A DNA stretch of 64,000 nt from Hyphomicrobium sp. GTDB taxonomy: Bacteria > Pseudomonadota > Alphaproteobacteria > Rhizobiales > Hyphomicrobiaceae. The first letter of the stretch is position 1; every line of letters starts with the position of its first letter. The position numbers and the translations under genes were made by a program. Below the pieces are notes generated by a model, which saw only the letters and a program-made list of their open reading frames with translations, was not told the origin of the DNA and searched no databases. The stretch covers positions 5,803 to 69,802 of the forward strand of contig DAOMQQ010000002.1 in assembly GCA_035445405.1 (NCBI GenBank), given 5' to 3'. Below are positions 19,717-28,124 of the stretch, in pieces.

Positions 19717-20664
19717 TCACGCCGTGAAATGGTAGGCGTCCGAGATTTCCTGCGCGACGCGGCTGTTGCGCGCGATGAACTCCAGCAGGAATTCGTGCAG
19801 GCCGGACTGGAAGATGGTATCGATGTCGCCGCGCTCGAGAGGGGCGAGGGTGGACTTGGCGGTGACGAGGCAGGGTTTCTCCTCGCCGTAAAGAGCGGCG
19901 AGGTCGCCCAACGCCTCGCCGATTTTGTGATAGCAGGCGTGGAGCGAGCGTGGCATGGCGCGGTTCAGGATCAGGTAATCGGCGATCCGCCAGGATCGGT
20001 AGCTCTCTTTGTAGACCCAACGATAACTCATGTGCGCGGAGACGGAGCGCAGAATGGCTTCCCATTGCGCGGTGTCGACGGCGGTGCCGATCATGTTCGT
20101 GGACGGCAGCAGGACGTAGTATTTCACGTCGAGGATGCGCGCCGTGTTGTCCGCCCGTTCGAGGAACGTGCCGAGCTGGCTGAAGAAATATGTATCGTTG
20201 CGCAGGATCGTGTTGAGCATCGCGCCGCGATAGCCAGCCGAGCGCTCCTTCACCCAATCGAGAATACGAGGGAGCGCATCGGAGCGCAGAGTGTCGGGAC
20301 GGATGGCCTGGAATTCCAGCCACGAGCCGTTGAGCGATTCCCACATCTCGCGCGTCAGGGACGTGCGCTGGGCGCGTGCGTTGCGTCGTGCAGAGGCGAG
20401 GCAGGCGTGGATGCTCGACGGATTGGTGGGGTCGAAGAGCAGAAAATCGACGACATTTCGCGTCGTGACCTCGCCATGCTTGGCTTTGTAGGCTTTGGTG
20501 CACCCTGCGCTTTCCAGCGTCGAGATCCATTCCGATCCACGATCGTCGCCCACCCGCGGCTGCAGCGCGATGCGATACCCCGCCTCGATCAGGCGCGCCA
20601 TGTTCTCGGCTCTCTCCACGTAGCGTGAGAGCCAGAAGAGATCGTTTGCCGTGCGCCCTAGCAT
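19717..20664 (-). CDS. Alpha-E domain protein
   Basis: MLGRTANDLFWLSRYVERAEN, ARRNAR..R, LERADNTARILDVKY, PRS, GLHEFL. Confidence 0.93.
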   Translation of the reverse strand: MLGRTANDLFWLSRYVERAENMARLIEAGYRIALQPRVGDDRGSEWISTLESAGCTKAYKAKHGEVTTRNVVDFLLFDPTNPSSIHACLASARRNARAQRTSLTREMWESLNGSWLEFQAIRPDTLRSDALPRILDWVKERSAGYRGAMLNTILRNDTYFFSQLGTFLERADNTARILDVKYYVLLPSTNMIGTAVDTAQWEAILRSVSAHMSYRWVYKESYRSWRIADYLILNRAMPRSLHACYHKIGEALGDLAALYGEEKPCLVTAKSTLAPLERGDIDTIFQSGLHEFLLEFIARNSRVAQEISDAYHFTA

Positions 20665-20709
20665 GTGTGTCTCACGCGGTCGTTTCCGCCCGATGGTGTT
20701 TTTATTCGG

Positions 20710-22149
20710 TCAATCCTGCAGCACCCAAGTGTCTTTGGTTCCACCCCCCTGGCTCGAGTTGACGACGAGCGAGCCCTTGCGCAGCGCCACCCGCGTCAGG
20801 CCGCCAGGCACGAGGCGCACTTCGTCGCCCACGAGCACGAAGGGCCTCAAGTCGAGATGACGTGGCGCGATGCCTTCCTCGACCAGCGTCGGGCAGGTGG
20901 AGAGTGCGAGGGTGGGCTGCGCGATGTAGTTCTCGGGCCGGGCTTTCACGCGTGCGCGGAAGTTTTCGATTTCTTCCTTCGTGGCCGTCGGTCCGACGAG
21001 CATTCCGTAGCCGCCGGAGCCGTGCACCTCCTTCACCACAAGCTCGGGCATGTGCTCGATGACGTATTTGAGGCTATCGGTCTTGCGGCAATTGTAGGTC
21101 GGCACGTTTTGCAGGATCGGCGGCCGGCCCATGTAGAACTCGATGATCTCGGGAATGTAGCAATAGATCGCCTTGTCGTCGGCGATGCCGGCGCCCGGTG
21201 CGTTGACGATGGTGACGTTGCCGGCACGGTAGACGTCGAATAAGCCCGGCACGCCGAGCACGGACGAGGGGTCGAACGTCAGCGGGTCGAGGAAATCGTC
21301 GTCGATGCGCCGGTAGAGCACGTCGACGCGGCAGAGGCCCTGCGTCGTCTTCATGTTGAGGACGCCGTTCTGCACGACGAGATCCGGGCCCTCGACCAGC
21401 TCCACGCCCATCTGGTCGGCAAGGAAGGCGTGCTCATAGTAGGCGCTGTTGTACTGGCCCGGCGTGAGCACGGCGATGACGGGCTCGTCGTCGAGGTTGC
21501 GCGGCGTTACGCTGCCCAGGGTTTTTCTGAGCTTGTCGGGATAGGTTTCGACGGGCGCCACACGGTTTTCGGCGAACAGGTTCGGGAACATGTGCATCAT
21601 CGTTTCCCGGTTCTCCAGCATATAGGAGACGCCGGACGGCGTTCGCGTGTTGTCCTCCAGAACGTAGAAGTCGTTCTCGCCCGTGCGGACGATGTCGACG
21701 CCGATGATGTGGGAATAGATGCCGAGCGCCGGGTCCAGGCCGATCATCTCGGGTATGAAGGCGCTGTTCTGCACCACGAGCTCCGCCGGGATGCGGCCGG
21801 CCTTGACGATCTCCTGCCGGTGGTAGATGTCGTACATGAAGGCATTGAGCGCTTTGACGCGCTGCTCGATGCCGGCGGAGAGGCGCCGCCATTCCGCGGC
21901 CGAGATGATGCGCGGGATCATGTCGAAGGGGATGAGGCGCTCGGAGGCCTCGGTATCGCCGTAGACGTTGAACGTGATGCCGGTGCGGCGGAACAGAAGC
22001 TCGGCTTCGGCGCTCTTCTTGCGGAGATCCTCGACACGCAATGCGTCAAGCCAGTCCGCAACCGCGGCATAGGGCTCCCGGATGCCCTGGCCGAAGCCAT
22101 TCATCTCGTCAAACGTCGGCTTCAAGTCTGCGACCCTGATCTGATCCAT
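20710..22149 (-). CDS. Circularly permuted type 2 ATP-grasp protein
   Basis: GITFNVY, ERLIPFD, VLEDNTRTPSGVSY, YRRIDD.FLDP, ADDKA.Y, SGGYGM, VVNSSQGGGTKDTWV. Confidence 0.95.
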   Translation of the reverse strand: MDQIRVADLKPTFDEMNGFGQGIREPYAAVADWLDALRVEDLRKKSAEAELLFRRTGITFNVYGDTEASERLIPFDMIPRIISAAEWRRLSAGIEQRVKALNAFMYDIYHRQEIVKAGRIPAELVVQNSAFIPEMIGLDPALGIYSHIIGVDIVRTGENDFYVLEDNTRTPSGVSYMLENRETMMHMFPNLFAENRVAPVETYPDKLRKTLGSVTPRNLDDEPVIAVLTPGQYNSAYYEHAFLADQMGVELVEGPDLVVQNGVLNMKTTQGLCRVDVLYRRIDDDFLDPLTFDPSSVLGVPGLFDVYRAGNVTIVNAPGAGIADDKAIYCYIPEIIEFYMGRPPILQNVPTYNCRKTDSLKYVIEHMPELVVKEVHGSGGYGMLVGPTATKEEIENFRARVKARPENYIAQPTLALSTCPTLVEEGIAPRHLDLRPFVLVGDEVRLVPGGLTRVALRKGSLVVNSSQGGGTKDTWVLQD

Positions 22150-22483
22150 GCCCTGCTCATGGCAAGAGCCGGGCCAATCCGGCGGATCGAGAAAATCCTC
22201 GTGTTTTCGACCGCCAGCTCGAGAAGCGCTGCTCGTTTCGTCATCAGTTGCCTTGGAGTTGGGCGGCAGCAGATCGAGGTTTGGTCAGCCGGCGCATGCA
22301 TCCAGAATGCGTGTGCATTGGATCATGGAACGGCGGGCGTGCCTACTGTCGGAAATCCCGGGGGACGGGCGCGGCGCGCGGTCCGTTTTCGGATGACGCG
22401 AAGGGCGGGAGGGGCTGCCTTCGGCGCGTTGGCTTGCGGTCATCGCGGCTTTCCTCTTGACAACGACGTCGCTTCATTCTTTT

Positions 22484-22503
22484 ATTTCTGTCATGACAGA
22501 AAT
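22484..22503. promoter_or_regulatory. Perfect 20 bp palindromic operator spanning the regulator start codon
   Basis: ATTTCTGTCATGACAGAAAT; TTGACA at 22457-22462. Confidence 0.7.
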
Positions 22504-23080
22504 TACAGAAAATTCTGTGAAACTTCCTCCCGCAATCGAGCGCTTCGTCGTCGCATGGGGGGAAATGGGCGAGGTCTGGGGCGTCAACCGCTCCGTCTCG
22601 CAAATTCACGCGCTACTCTATGCGTGGGAGCGGCCGCTTCCGGCGGAGGAAATTGCCGAGCTTCTTCGTCTCGCGCGATCGAACGTGTCGAACTCCCTCA
22701 AGGAGCTGCTCGGGTGGTCGTTGATCCGGCGGGTGTCCGTTCTGGGCGACCGCCGGGACTTCTACGAGGTCGAGGCCGATATTTTCGAGATGGTCCGGCG
22801 CATCGCGGAGGGACGCAAGAAGCGGGAGATCGACCCCGCGATTGCCGCGCTCCGACATTGCGTGGAGGCGGCGGACGCCGATGAGCAGGTGTCGGCCGAG
22901 ACGCGGCGACGCTTTCGCGCCATGCTGGCGGTCTCCGAGGGCGCGGCGCGCAATCTCGACGAGGTGCTCGCGCTGCCGACAGCGGTTCTGCAAAAACTTC
23001 TGAAGATGGGCGGGGTCGTGGCCCGTTTGGCTGGCCTCGTGAGCGGCGGGCGTGCCGGCCGGTCGCAAGGAGCCGGCTAG
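22493..23080 (+). CDS. GbsR/MarR-family transcriptional regulator
   Basis: FV..WGEMG..WGVNRSVSQIHALLY, ARSNVSNSLKEL..W, GDRRDF, RKKREIDP. Confidence 0.9.
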   Translation: MTEITENSVKLPPAIERFVVAWGEMGEVWGVNRSVSQIHALLYAWERPLPAEEIAELLRLARSNVSNSLKELLGWSLIRRVSVLGDRRDFYEVEADIFEMVRRIAEGRKKREIDPAIAALRHCVEAADADEQVSAETRRRFRAMLAVSEGAARNLDEVLALPTAVLQKLLKMGGVVARLAGLVSGGRAGRSQGAG

Positions 23081-23118
23081 GCGCATGCCGGGATGATGCT
23101 GACGCCGAGGAGGTTCCC

Positions 23119-23814
23119 ATGACCGCATTGCCGAAAGACGTTCCGATGGCCGCCCCGGCGCGTGCCGATGTCGCGATGGCGGGGATTGCGACGGCTGGAT
23201 CCGAGGCAAGTGTCCTGGACCTTCGTTTTCGTGCGCTCGTGGGAGAGGACGGCTGGGCGCGGCTGCCTGAGGCCGTGCGGCGGCGGTTCTCGCGCCGGCT
23301 CGCGCCGGGAGACGTCGCGTTCTATGTCGGCGAAGTGCTGGAGACACGGCTGTCGCGTGCGGGCCGCGTTCTATCGTTCCTGACGCGTGCCATCGGGGCG
23401 CCGCTGCCGCTCGACGACGCGACGGGGGGCGGTGCGACGGTTGCCGTGATGGAGAACGAAGGCCTCGGCGGACAGAGCTGGACGCGGACGTACGCGCGCG
23501 CCGGTCGGTTTCCGCAGGTCATTCACTCGGCGAAATGCTTTTCGGGGCCCACGGGGATCGAGGAACACGTCGGCGGGGGCGTCGGCGTGTCGCTCTTGGT
23601 TGGCGAGGAGAGCGGCGCGCTGGTTTTCCGGTCGGTCGGCTATTTCTTTTCTGCTGGACGTTTCCGGGTTCGGCTTCCGCGCGCGCTCGCGCCGGGCGAT
23701 ATGGAGATCGTGCACGCTGACGAAGGGGGTGGCGCATTTCTGTTCAAATTGATGCTTCGTCACCCGTGGCTCGGCGTGCTCGTTCAGCAGACGGCTCGGT
23801 TTCGCGACGCGTGA
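23119..23814 (+). CDS. DUF4166 domain protein
   Basis: FRALVG...W.RLP.AVRRRF, IGAPLP, W.R.Y.R.GRFPQVIHSAK.F.GPTGIEE, HPWLG; GAGGAGG RBS. Confidence 0.8.
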   Translation: MTALPKDVPMAAPARADVAMAGIATAGSEASVLDLRFRALVGEDGWARLPEAVRRRFSRRLAPGDVAFYVGEVLETRLSRAGRVLSFLTRAIGAPLPLDDATGGGATVAVMENEGLGGQSWTRTYARAGRFPQVIHSAKCFSGPTGIEEHVGGGVGVSLLVGEESGALVFRSVGYFFSAGRFRVRLPRALAPGDMEIVHADEGGGAFLFKLMLRHPWLGVLVQQTARFRDA

Positions 23815-23829
23815 GCGCCCGCGCCGCCG

Positions 23830-24159
23830 TCAGCCCTTGCATTCGCCGTCGTGATCCTTGCGTGCGGCTGCCGCGATCCGTTCACAGTCGTTCGGATAGG
23901 TCTTGCCGTCGCACCCGCAGACGGGCTGGTAGATCCTGGTGCAGGCCTCGGTTCTAAGAACGCAGGTGCCTTCCGGGTTCGCCTCGCCGCATTGGGCGAG
24001 CTCGGTCTCGCAGAAGAAGCCGACGCTACAGGTGGGCCCGTCGATGCCGCCGCAGGCTTGCCCTTCGCCGGATTGCGCGATGGCGGGGGCCGTGGCGGCC
24101 AGGAGCCCCAGGGCGAGTGCCGGCCATAGGTATCGCTTCGTCCGCGCGGCGGTGCGCAT
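23830..24159 (-). CDS. Secreted Kazal-type serine protease inhibitor domain protein
   Basis: Signal peptide; CGGI.G..C...FC, CTRIYQPVCGCDGKTYPNDC. Confidence 0.85.
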   Translation of the reverse strand: MRTAARTKRYLWPALALGLLAATAPAIAQSGEGQACGGIDGPTCSVGFFCETELAQCGEANPEGTCVLRTEACTRIYQPVCGCDGKTYPNDCERIAAAARKDHDGECKG

Positions 24160-24203
24160 GCCTCTCACCTTGGAATGCGTGGGAAAGTCCAGTGTGGGGA
24201 CCG

Positions 24204-24229
24204 AACGCGCGGAGGGCGCCATTGGTTCA
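24204..24229 (-). promoter_or_regulatory. Sigma-EcfG-like promoter upstream of the Kazal gene
   Basis: Minus strand TGAAC-N17-CGTT. Confidence 0.45.
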
Positions 24230-24494
24230 GCGGCATCGGTGCGGTGGCCAGCTTCATCGGGGACGCTGTCGCTGGCCCCGGTGTCGACGTTACGGCCCGA
24301 AAAGTGCCGGTACATTCCTTTCCCGGTCCGATTTGGCTGGCGATCATGTCGAGACGCTGTTCGCATGATTTGGCGGTTCGCCGCGGGTCGTCTCGTGTGC
24401 TCTTGCGCCCCGCGCAATCACCGGCTATTGAGCAGCCCCCGGCATGATGATGCGCGGCGAGGTGACCACACTCGCCACGCGTTCCGGGACGGCC

Positions 24495-24584
24495 GGAGAG
24501 GTGGCAGAGTGGTCGATCGCGCCGCACTCGAAATGCGGAGTACGGGCAACCGTACCGGGGGTTCGAATCCCTCCCTCTCCGCCA
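24495..24584 (+). tRNA. tRNA-Ser (CGA)
   Basis: GGAGAGGTGGCAGAGTGG...CCGCA-CTCGAAA-TGCGG, long variable arm, GTTCGAATCC, ends CTCTCCGCCA. Confidence 0.96.
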
Positions 24585-25048
24585 CTTCATTCCTCTAAAC
24601 CATTGAAATAGCTATTAAATATATCCTATTGCTCGGGATGGGGCGGAGTGCGGCGGTGCGGGCGTTCTTCCCCAGCCGCTTCTTCCACAGCGCGGCCGTG
24701 AACCTCGGGGCGGGCGACGGCGGCAGGGCGTGCAACAGCACCGTGAACGCCGGGGCCATCCAGTATGCGGCAGGTCGCGTCTGGACATACATATCGTAAC
24801 ACGATATACTCGACGCTGACAGAGGCCAATCGCTCGTTCAGCGGCGTGATGGGGCTGTCGCGCATGACGCCTGCGGGTTGCAGGAGACGGCCCGTGGCCG
24901 CCGGCTATGCCCTGAGCGTCCCGGCTACGACGAGGCCCACAGGTTTTCAAAGAAGGCGCCTCGAGAAATCCACCGGGCGCACCGACCAGCGCCGCTGAAT
25001 CGCGATGTCGTCTTTCACGAGGAGAAGTCTCTCGTATGGGAGAGCGTC

Positions 25049-26659
25049 ATGGCACACGCACTTGCATCGGCGAGCCCGCCGCAGGGTATCCGTCGCTGGA
25101 TTTTCTCGACCAACCATAAAGATATTGGGACGCTGTACCTGTTTTTTTCCGGCATGGCCGGTATAGCGGGCTTCCTTCTCTCTCTCCTGATCCGCATCGA
25201 GCTGCAGGATCCTGGCGTACAATATTTCGGCAATCACGAAATCTATAACGCCCTCGTCACCGCGCACGGCCTGGTGATGATCTTCTTCTTCATCATGCCC
25301 GCGCTCATCGGCGGGTTCGGAAACTGGTTCGTGCCGCTCATGATCGGTGCGCCGGACATGGCGTTTCCCAGGCTGAACAACATCTCCTTCTGGTTGCTGG
25401 TCGTGGCGGCGCTGCTGTTTGCGACCGCCGCTTTCGTGCCGGGAACCGGGTCATCAAACGGGGCGGGGACCGGCTGGACGTTGTATCCCCCGTTGTCGTC
25501 GGCCGGGCATCCGGGGCCGGCGGTGGACTTCGTGATATTGGCCATTCACGTCGCAGGGGCGTCTTCGATCCTGGGCGCGATCAATTTCATCACGACGATC
25601 TTCAACATGCGGGCTCGGGGCATGACGCTCCACAGAATGCCGCTGTTCGCATGGTCGCTACTCGTCACGGCGTTCCTGCTTCTGCTGGCTTTGCCTGTTC
25701 TGGCGGGTGCCATCACGATGCTGCTCACGGACAGGAACTTTGGAACCACGTTCTTCAACCCAGCCGGCGGGGGAGATCCGGTTCTCTATCAGCACCTGTT
25801 CTGGTTCTTCGGCCACCCGGAAGTCTACATCATGGTGCTCCCGGCATTCGGCATCATCAGTCACATCGTTTCGACGTTCTCGGGAAAACCTATCTTCGGA
25901 TACCTCGGGATGGTCTACGCGATGGTGGCGATTGCGATGATCGGCTTTGTGGTCTGGGCCCACCACATGTTCACCAGCGGAGTGGGCATCAACACGCAGG
26001 CCTATTTCACGTTCGCAACGATGGTGATCGCGGTGCCGACAGGGGTTAAAATCTTTTCCTGGCTTGCCACGATGTGGGGCGGATCCATCCGCTTCACGGT
26101 TCCGATGCTTTGGGCGATCGCCTTCGTGTTCGTCTTTACGGTCGGCGGCGTAACGGGCGTCATGGTGGCCAACGCAGGCGTCGATCGGGTTCTGCACGAT
26201 ACGTACTACGTTGTCGCTCACTTCCACTACGTGCTGTCGCTTGCATCGCTCTTTGCGATCTTTGCCGGCTTCTACTACTGGTTCCCGAAGATGTCGGGGT
26301 TGATGCTGCCGGAGGCGTGGGGGCGAGCACACTTCGCCATAACCTTCGTCGGCGCGAACATGATATTTTTCCCGCAGCATTTTCTCGGCTTGGCCGGGAT
26401 GCCGAGGAGGTATGTGGACTACCCTGACGCCTTTCATTTTTGGCACGCCGTCTCGTCCATCGGCACCTACACTACGGCCGTAGGAACGCTGGTTTTCTGC
26501 TGCTCCATCGTGCTGGCGTTCCGTAGGAAGATCCAGGCGGATGGAAATCCGTGGGGGGCGGGAGCAACAACGCTCGAATGGAGTCTTTCCTCCCCGCCGC
26601 CGTACCACACTTTCGATGTGCTTCCGCGCATCGATAGGGAACGCACGCGCCACGCGTAG
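25049..26659 (+). CDS. ctaD: Cytochrome c oxidase subunit I (A1 type), stand-alone copy
   Basis: [62 protein letters not shown]. Confidence 0.96.
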   Translation: MAHALASASPPQGIRRWIFSTNHKDIGTLYLFFSGMAGIAGFLLSLLIRIELQDPGVQYFGNHEIYNALVTAHGLVMIFFFIMPALIGGFGNWFVPLMIGAPDMAFPRLNNISFWLLVVAALLFATAAFVPGTGSSNGAGTGWTLYPPLSSAGHPGPAVDFVILAIHVAGASSILGAINFITTIFNMRARGMTLHRMPLFAWSLLVTAFLLLLALPVLAGAITMLLTDRNFGTTFFNPAGGGDPVLYQHLFWFFGHPEVYIMVLPAFGIISHIVSTFSGKPIFGYLGMVYAMVAIAMIGFVVWAHHMFTSGVGINTQAYFTFATMVIAVPTGVKIFSWLATMWGGSIRFTVPMLWAIAFVFVFTVGGVTGVMVANAGVDRVLHDTYYVVAHFHYVLSLASLFAIFAGFYYWFPKMSGLMLPEAWGRAHFAITFVGANMIFFPQHFLGLAGMPRRYVDYPDAFHFWHAVSSIGTYTTAVGTLVFCCSIVLAFRRKIQADGNPWGAGATTLEWSLSSPPPYHTFDVLPRIDRERTRHA

Positions 26660-26698
26660 GAGATGCAGAGGCCGTCCGTGGCGATCTCGGTGCGTTGG

Positions 26699-26712
26699 TT
26701 GACGACGGTTAA
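26699..26712. promoter_or_regulatory. Possible FixK/Fnr-type box upstream of the CBS gene
   Basis: TTGACGACGGTTAA, one mismatch to TTGAY-N4-RTCAA. Confidence 0.4.
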
Positions 26713-26771
26713 GGGAGCCGTAGCGAGGAGGACTTACCCTCGTTCATAGCTCATCGGGAGGTGGCATATTC

Positions 26772-27218
26772 ATGATCAGGGTGGAAAGCCTGCTGCCGAA
26801 GGCGCAACAGAGGTTGCTGACTATCGGACATGATCGCCAACTCAGAGAGGCGGCAGCTCTCCTGGCCGAAGGCGATCAACACATGGTCGTAGTTTGCAAT
26901 GACGCCGGGGCGGCTTTGGGAGTTATCACGCGCCAGGACATCGTTCGACAAATTCGCCATTGCCAGGGCTGCGCTTGCACCACTTTAAGCGCGTCGGTGA
27001 TGAGCACGCCCATCCTGTTTTGCGACTCTGGCGAATGGCTGTCCGACGTATGGACAAAAATGAAGCAAGGGGAATTGCAATGCATGCCGATCCTGGACGC
27101 GGAGAGCAGGCCGCTGGGTTTGCTTTACGCCCGGGACGCGCTGGAGGTTCTTCTTTCCGAAGTGGAACAGGAAGAAGAGCTTTTGAAAGATTACGTGATG
27201 TGCGTCGGATACCGCTGA
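26772..27218 (+). CDS. CBS domain protein
   Basis: Tandem CBS pattern (VVVC..G..LGVITRQDIV; MPILD....LGLL..RDAL); GGAGG RBS. Confidence 0.85.
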   Translation: MIRVESLLPKAQQRLLTIGHDRQLREAAALLAEGDQHMVVVCNDAGAALGVITRQDIVRQIRHCQGCACTTLSASVMSTPILFCDSGEWLSDVWTKMKQGELQCMPILDAESRPLGLLYARDALEVLLSEVEQEEELLKDYVMCVGYR

Positions 27219-27443
27219 GCAAACGGTTGGCGCTCGCTGCCCGCCCGGCAACATCGTTTCTGCGCGTCCAACGCGGCGCGACTTCCCGTGGCCCATCCCA
27301 TGCAGGAAAACTCGCGGGCATGCGCGACCGGGCGGGAGGAGCAGTTGCGCGTATAAAAATCGACATCGATACGATTGAGTGAAGGCGGAGACGGCAGAAT
27401 TCGGGTACGGAGTCCTCGGGAGGCATCGGCTGGAGGAAAGCCA

Positions 27444-27953
27444 ATGCTTGATGGAAAAGGCAACTTCGCACGCGTCGTCGACGTAGACAGCGCGACCGCG
27501 CAACGGCTGTTTGCGGATGCGGTCTGGCGGTGGCGGGCAAGAGGCCTTCGCGTGGCCGGCGTCATCGAAGAAACTCATGGATTGGCCGGGCGGGCCTGCA
27601 CCGCAGGCGTGCTGCGCGATGTGGCAACGGGTGAGCGGCACTCCATCTTCCTCGATATTCTACCGCAAGGAAGGGTCTGCCATATCGATGCTCGCGGCGC
27701 CGAAAGCGCGGGTGCATCGGTGTTGGCGGGTCTCGCAGACTGCGACGTAGTGGTGCTGAGCAAGTTCGGCAAGCTCGAAGCGGACGGCAGGGGATTGGCG
27801 GGCGCTTTCCAAGCAGCGGCCGCGGCCGGCAAACCGGTCCTCACGTGGGTCGGTGGGAAGCATCTCGAGGCATGGGATGCTTTTGAGCCCGATGGAAAGG
27901 TCGTCGCACCGAGCCTGCCTTCCATTGGACTTTGGTGGTCGAGACTTGGGTGA
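27444..27953 (+). CDS. DUF2478 domain protein
   Basis: GLRVAGVI, C.......ATG...I, C.ID..G, DVVVLSKFGKLEA.GRGL, GKPVLT; GGAGG RBS. Confidence 0.8.
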   Translation: MLDGKGNFARVVDVDSATAQRLFADAVWRWRARGLRVAGVIEETHGLAGRACTAGVLRDVATGERHSIFLDILPQGRVCHIDARGAESAGASVLAGLADCDVVVLSKFGKLEADGRGLAGAFQAAAAAGKPVLTWVGGKHLEAWDAFEPDGKVVAPSLPSIGLWWSRLG

Positions 27954-28072
27954 TGCGGATTGCTGAGGTGACGGGCGGGGATCGTCATGCTTGGTTTCCG
28001 CATTCGAATGTCCGACGTCCACCCCCCCTGCGAGACGCGGGGGCGAGGAGCCAGGTCGTGCCGCCTGCTCCA

Positions 28073-28097
28073 GGAACCATCCGGACCCTAGCCTGTT
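28073..28097 (+). promoter_or_regulatory. Sigma-EcfG (general stress) type promoter of the glucan/trehalose operon
   Basis: GGAAC-N16-TGTT, ending about 27 bp before the glgE ATG. Confidence 0.6.
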
Positions 28098-28124
28098 CTT
28101 CCGACAGGTTGTTGTGGGATTCCG

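Noticed and set aside
19709-20530. Apparent 548 aa transglutaminase fusion
   Set aside because: The upstream part is an off-frame overlap with alpha-E; the real start MKIEIRH is at 19708
24595-24998. Short ORFs after tRNA-Ser as an integrase remnant
   Set aside because: No tyrosine or serine recombinase motifs are recognisable in any listed frame
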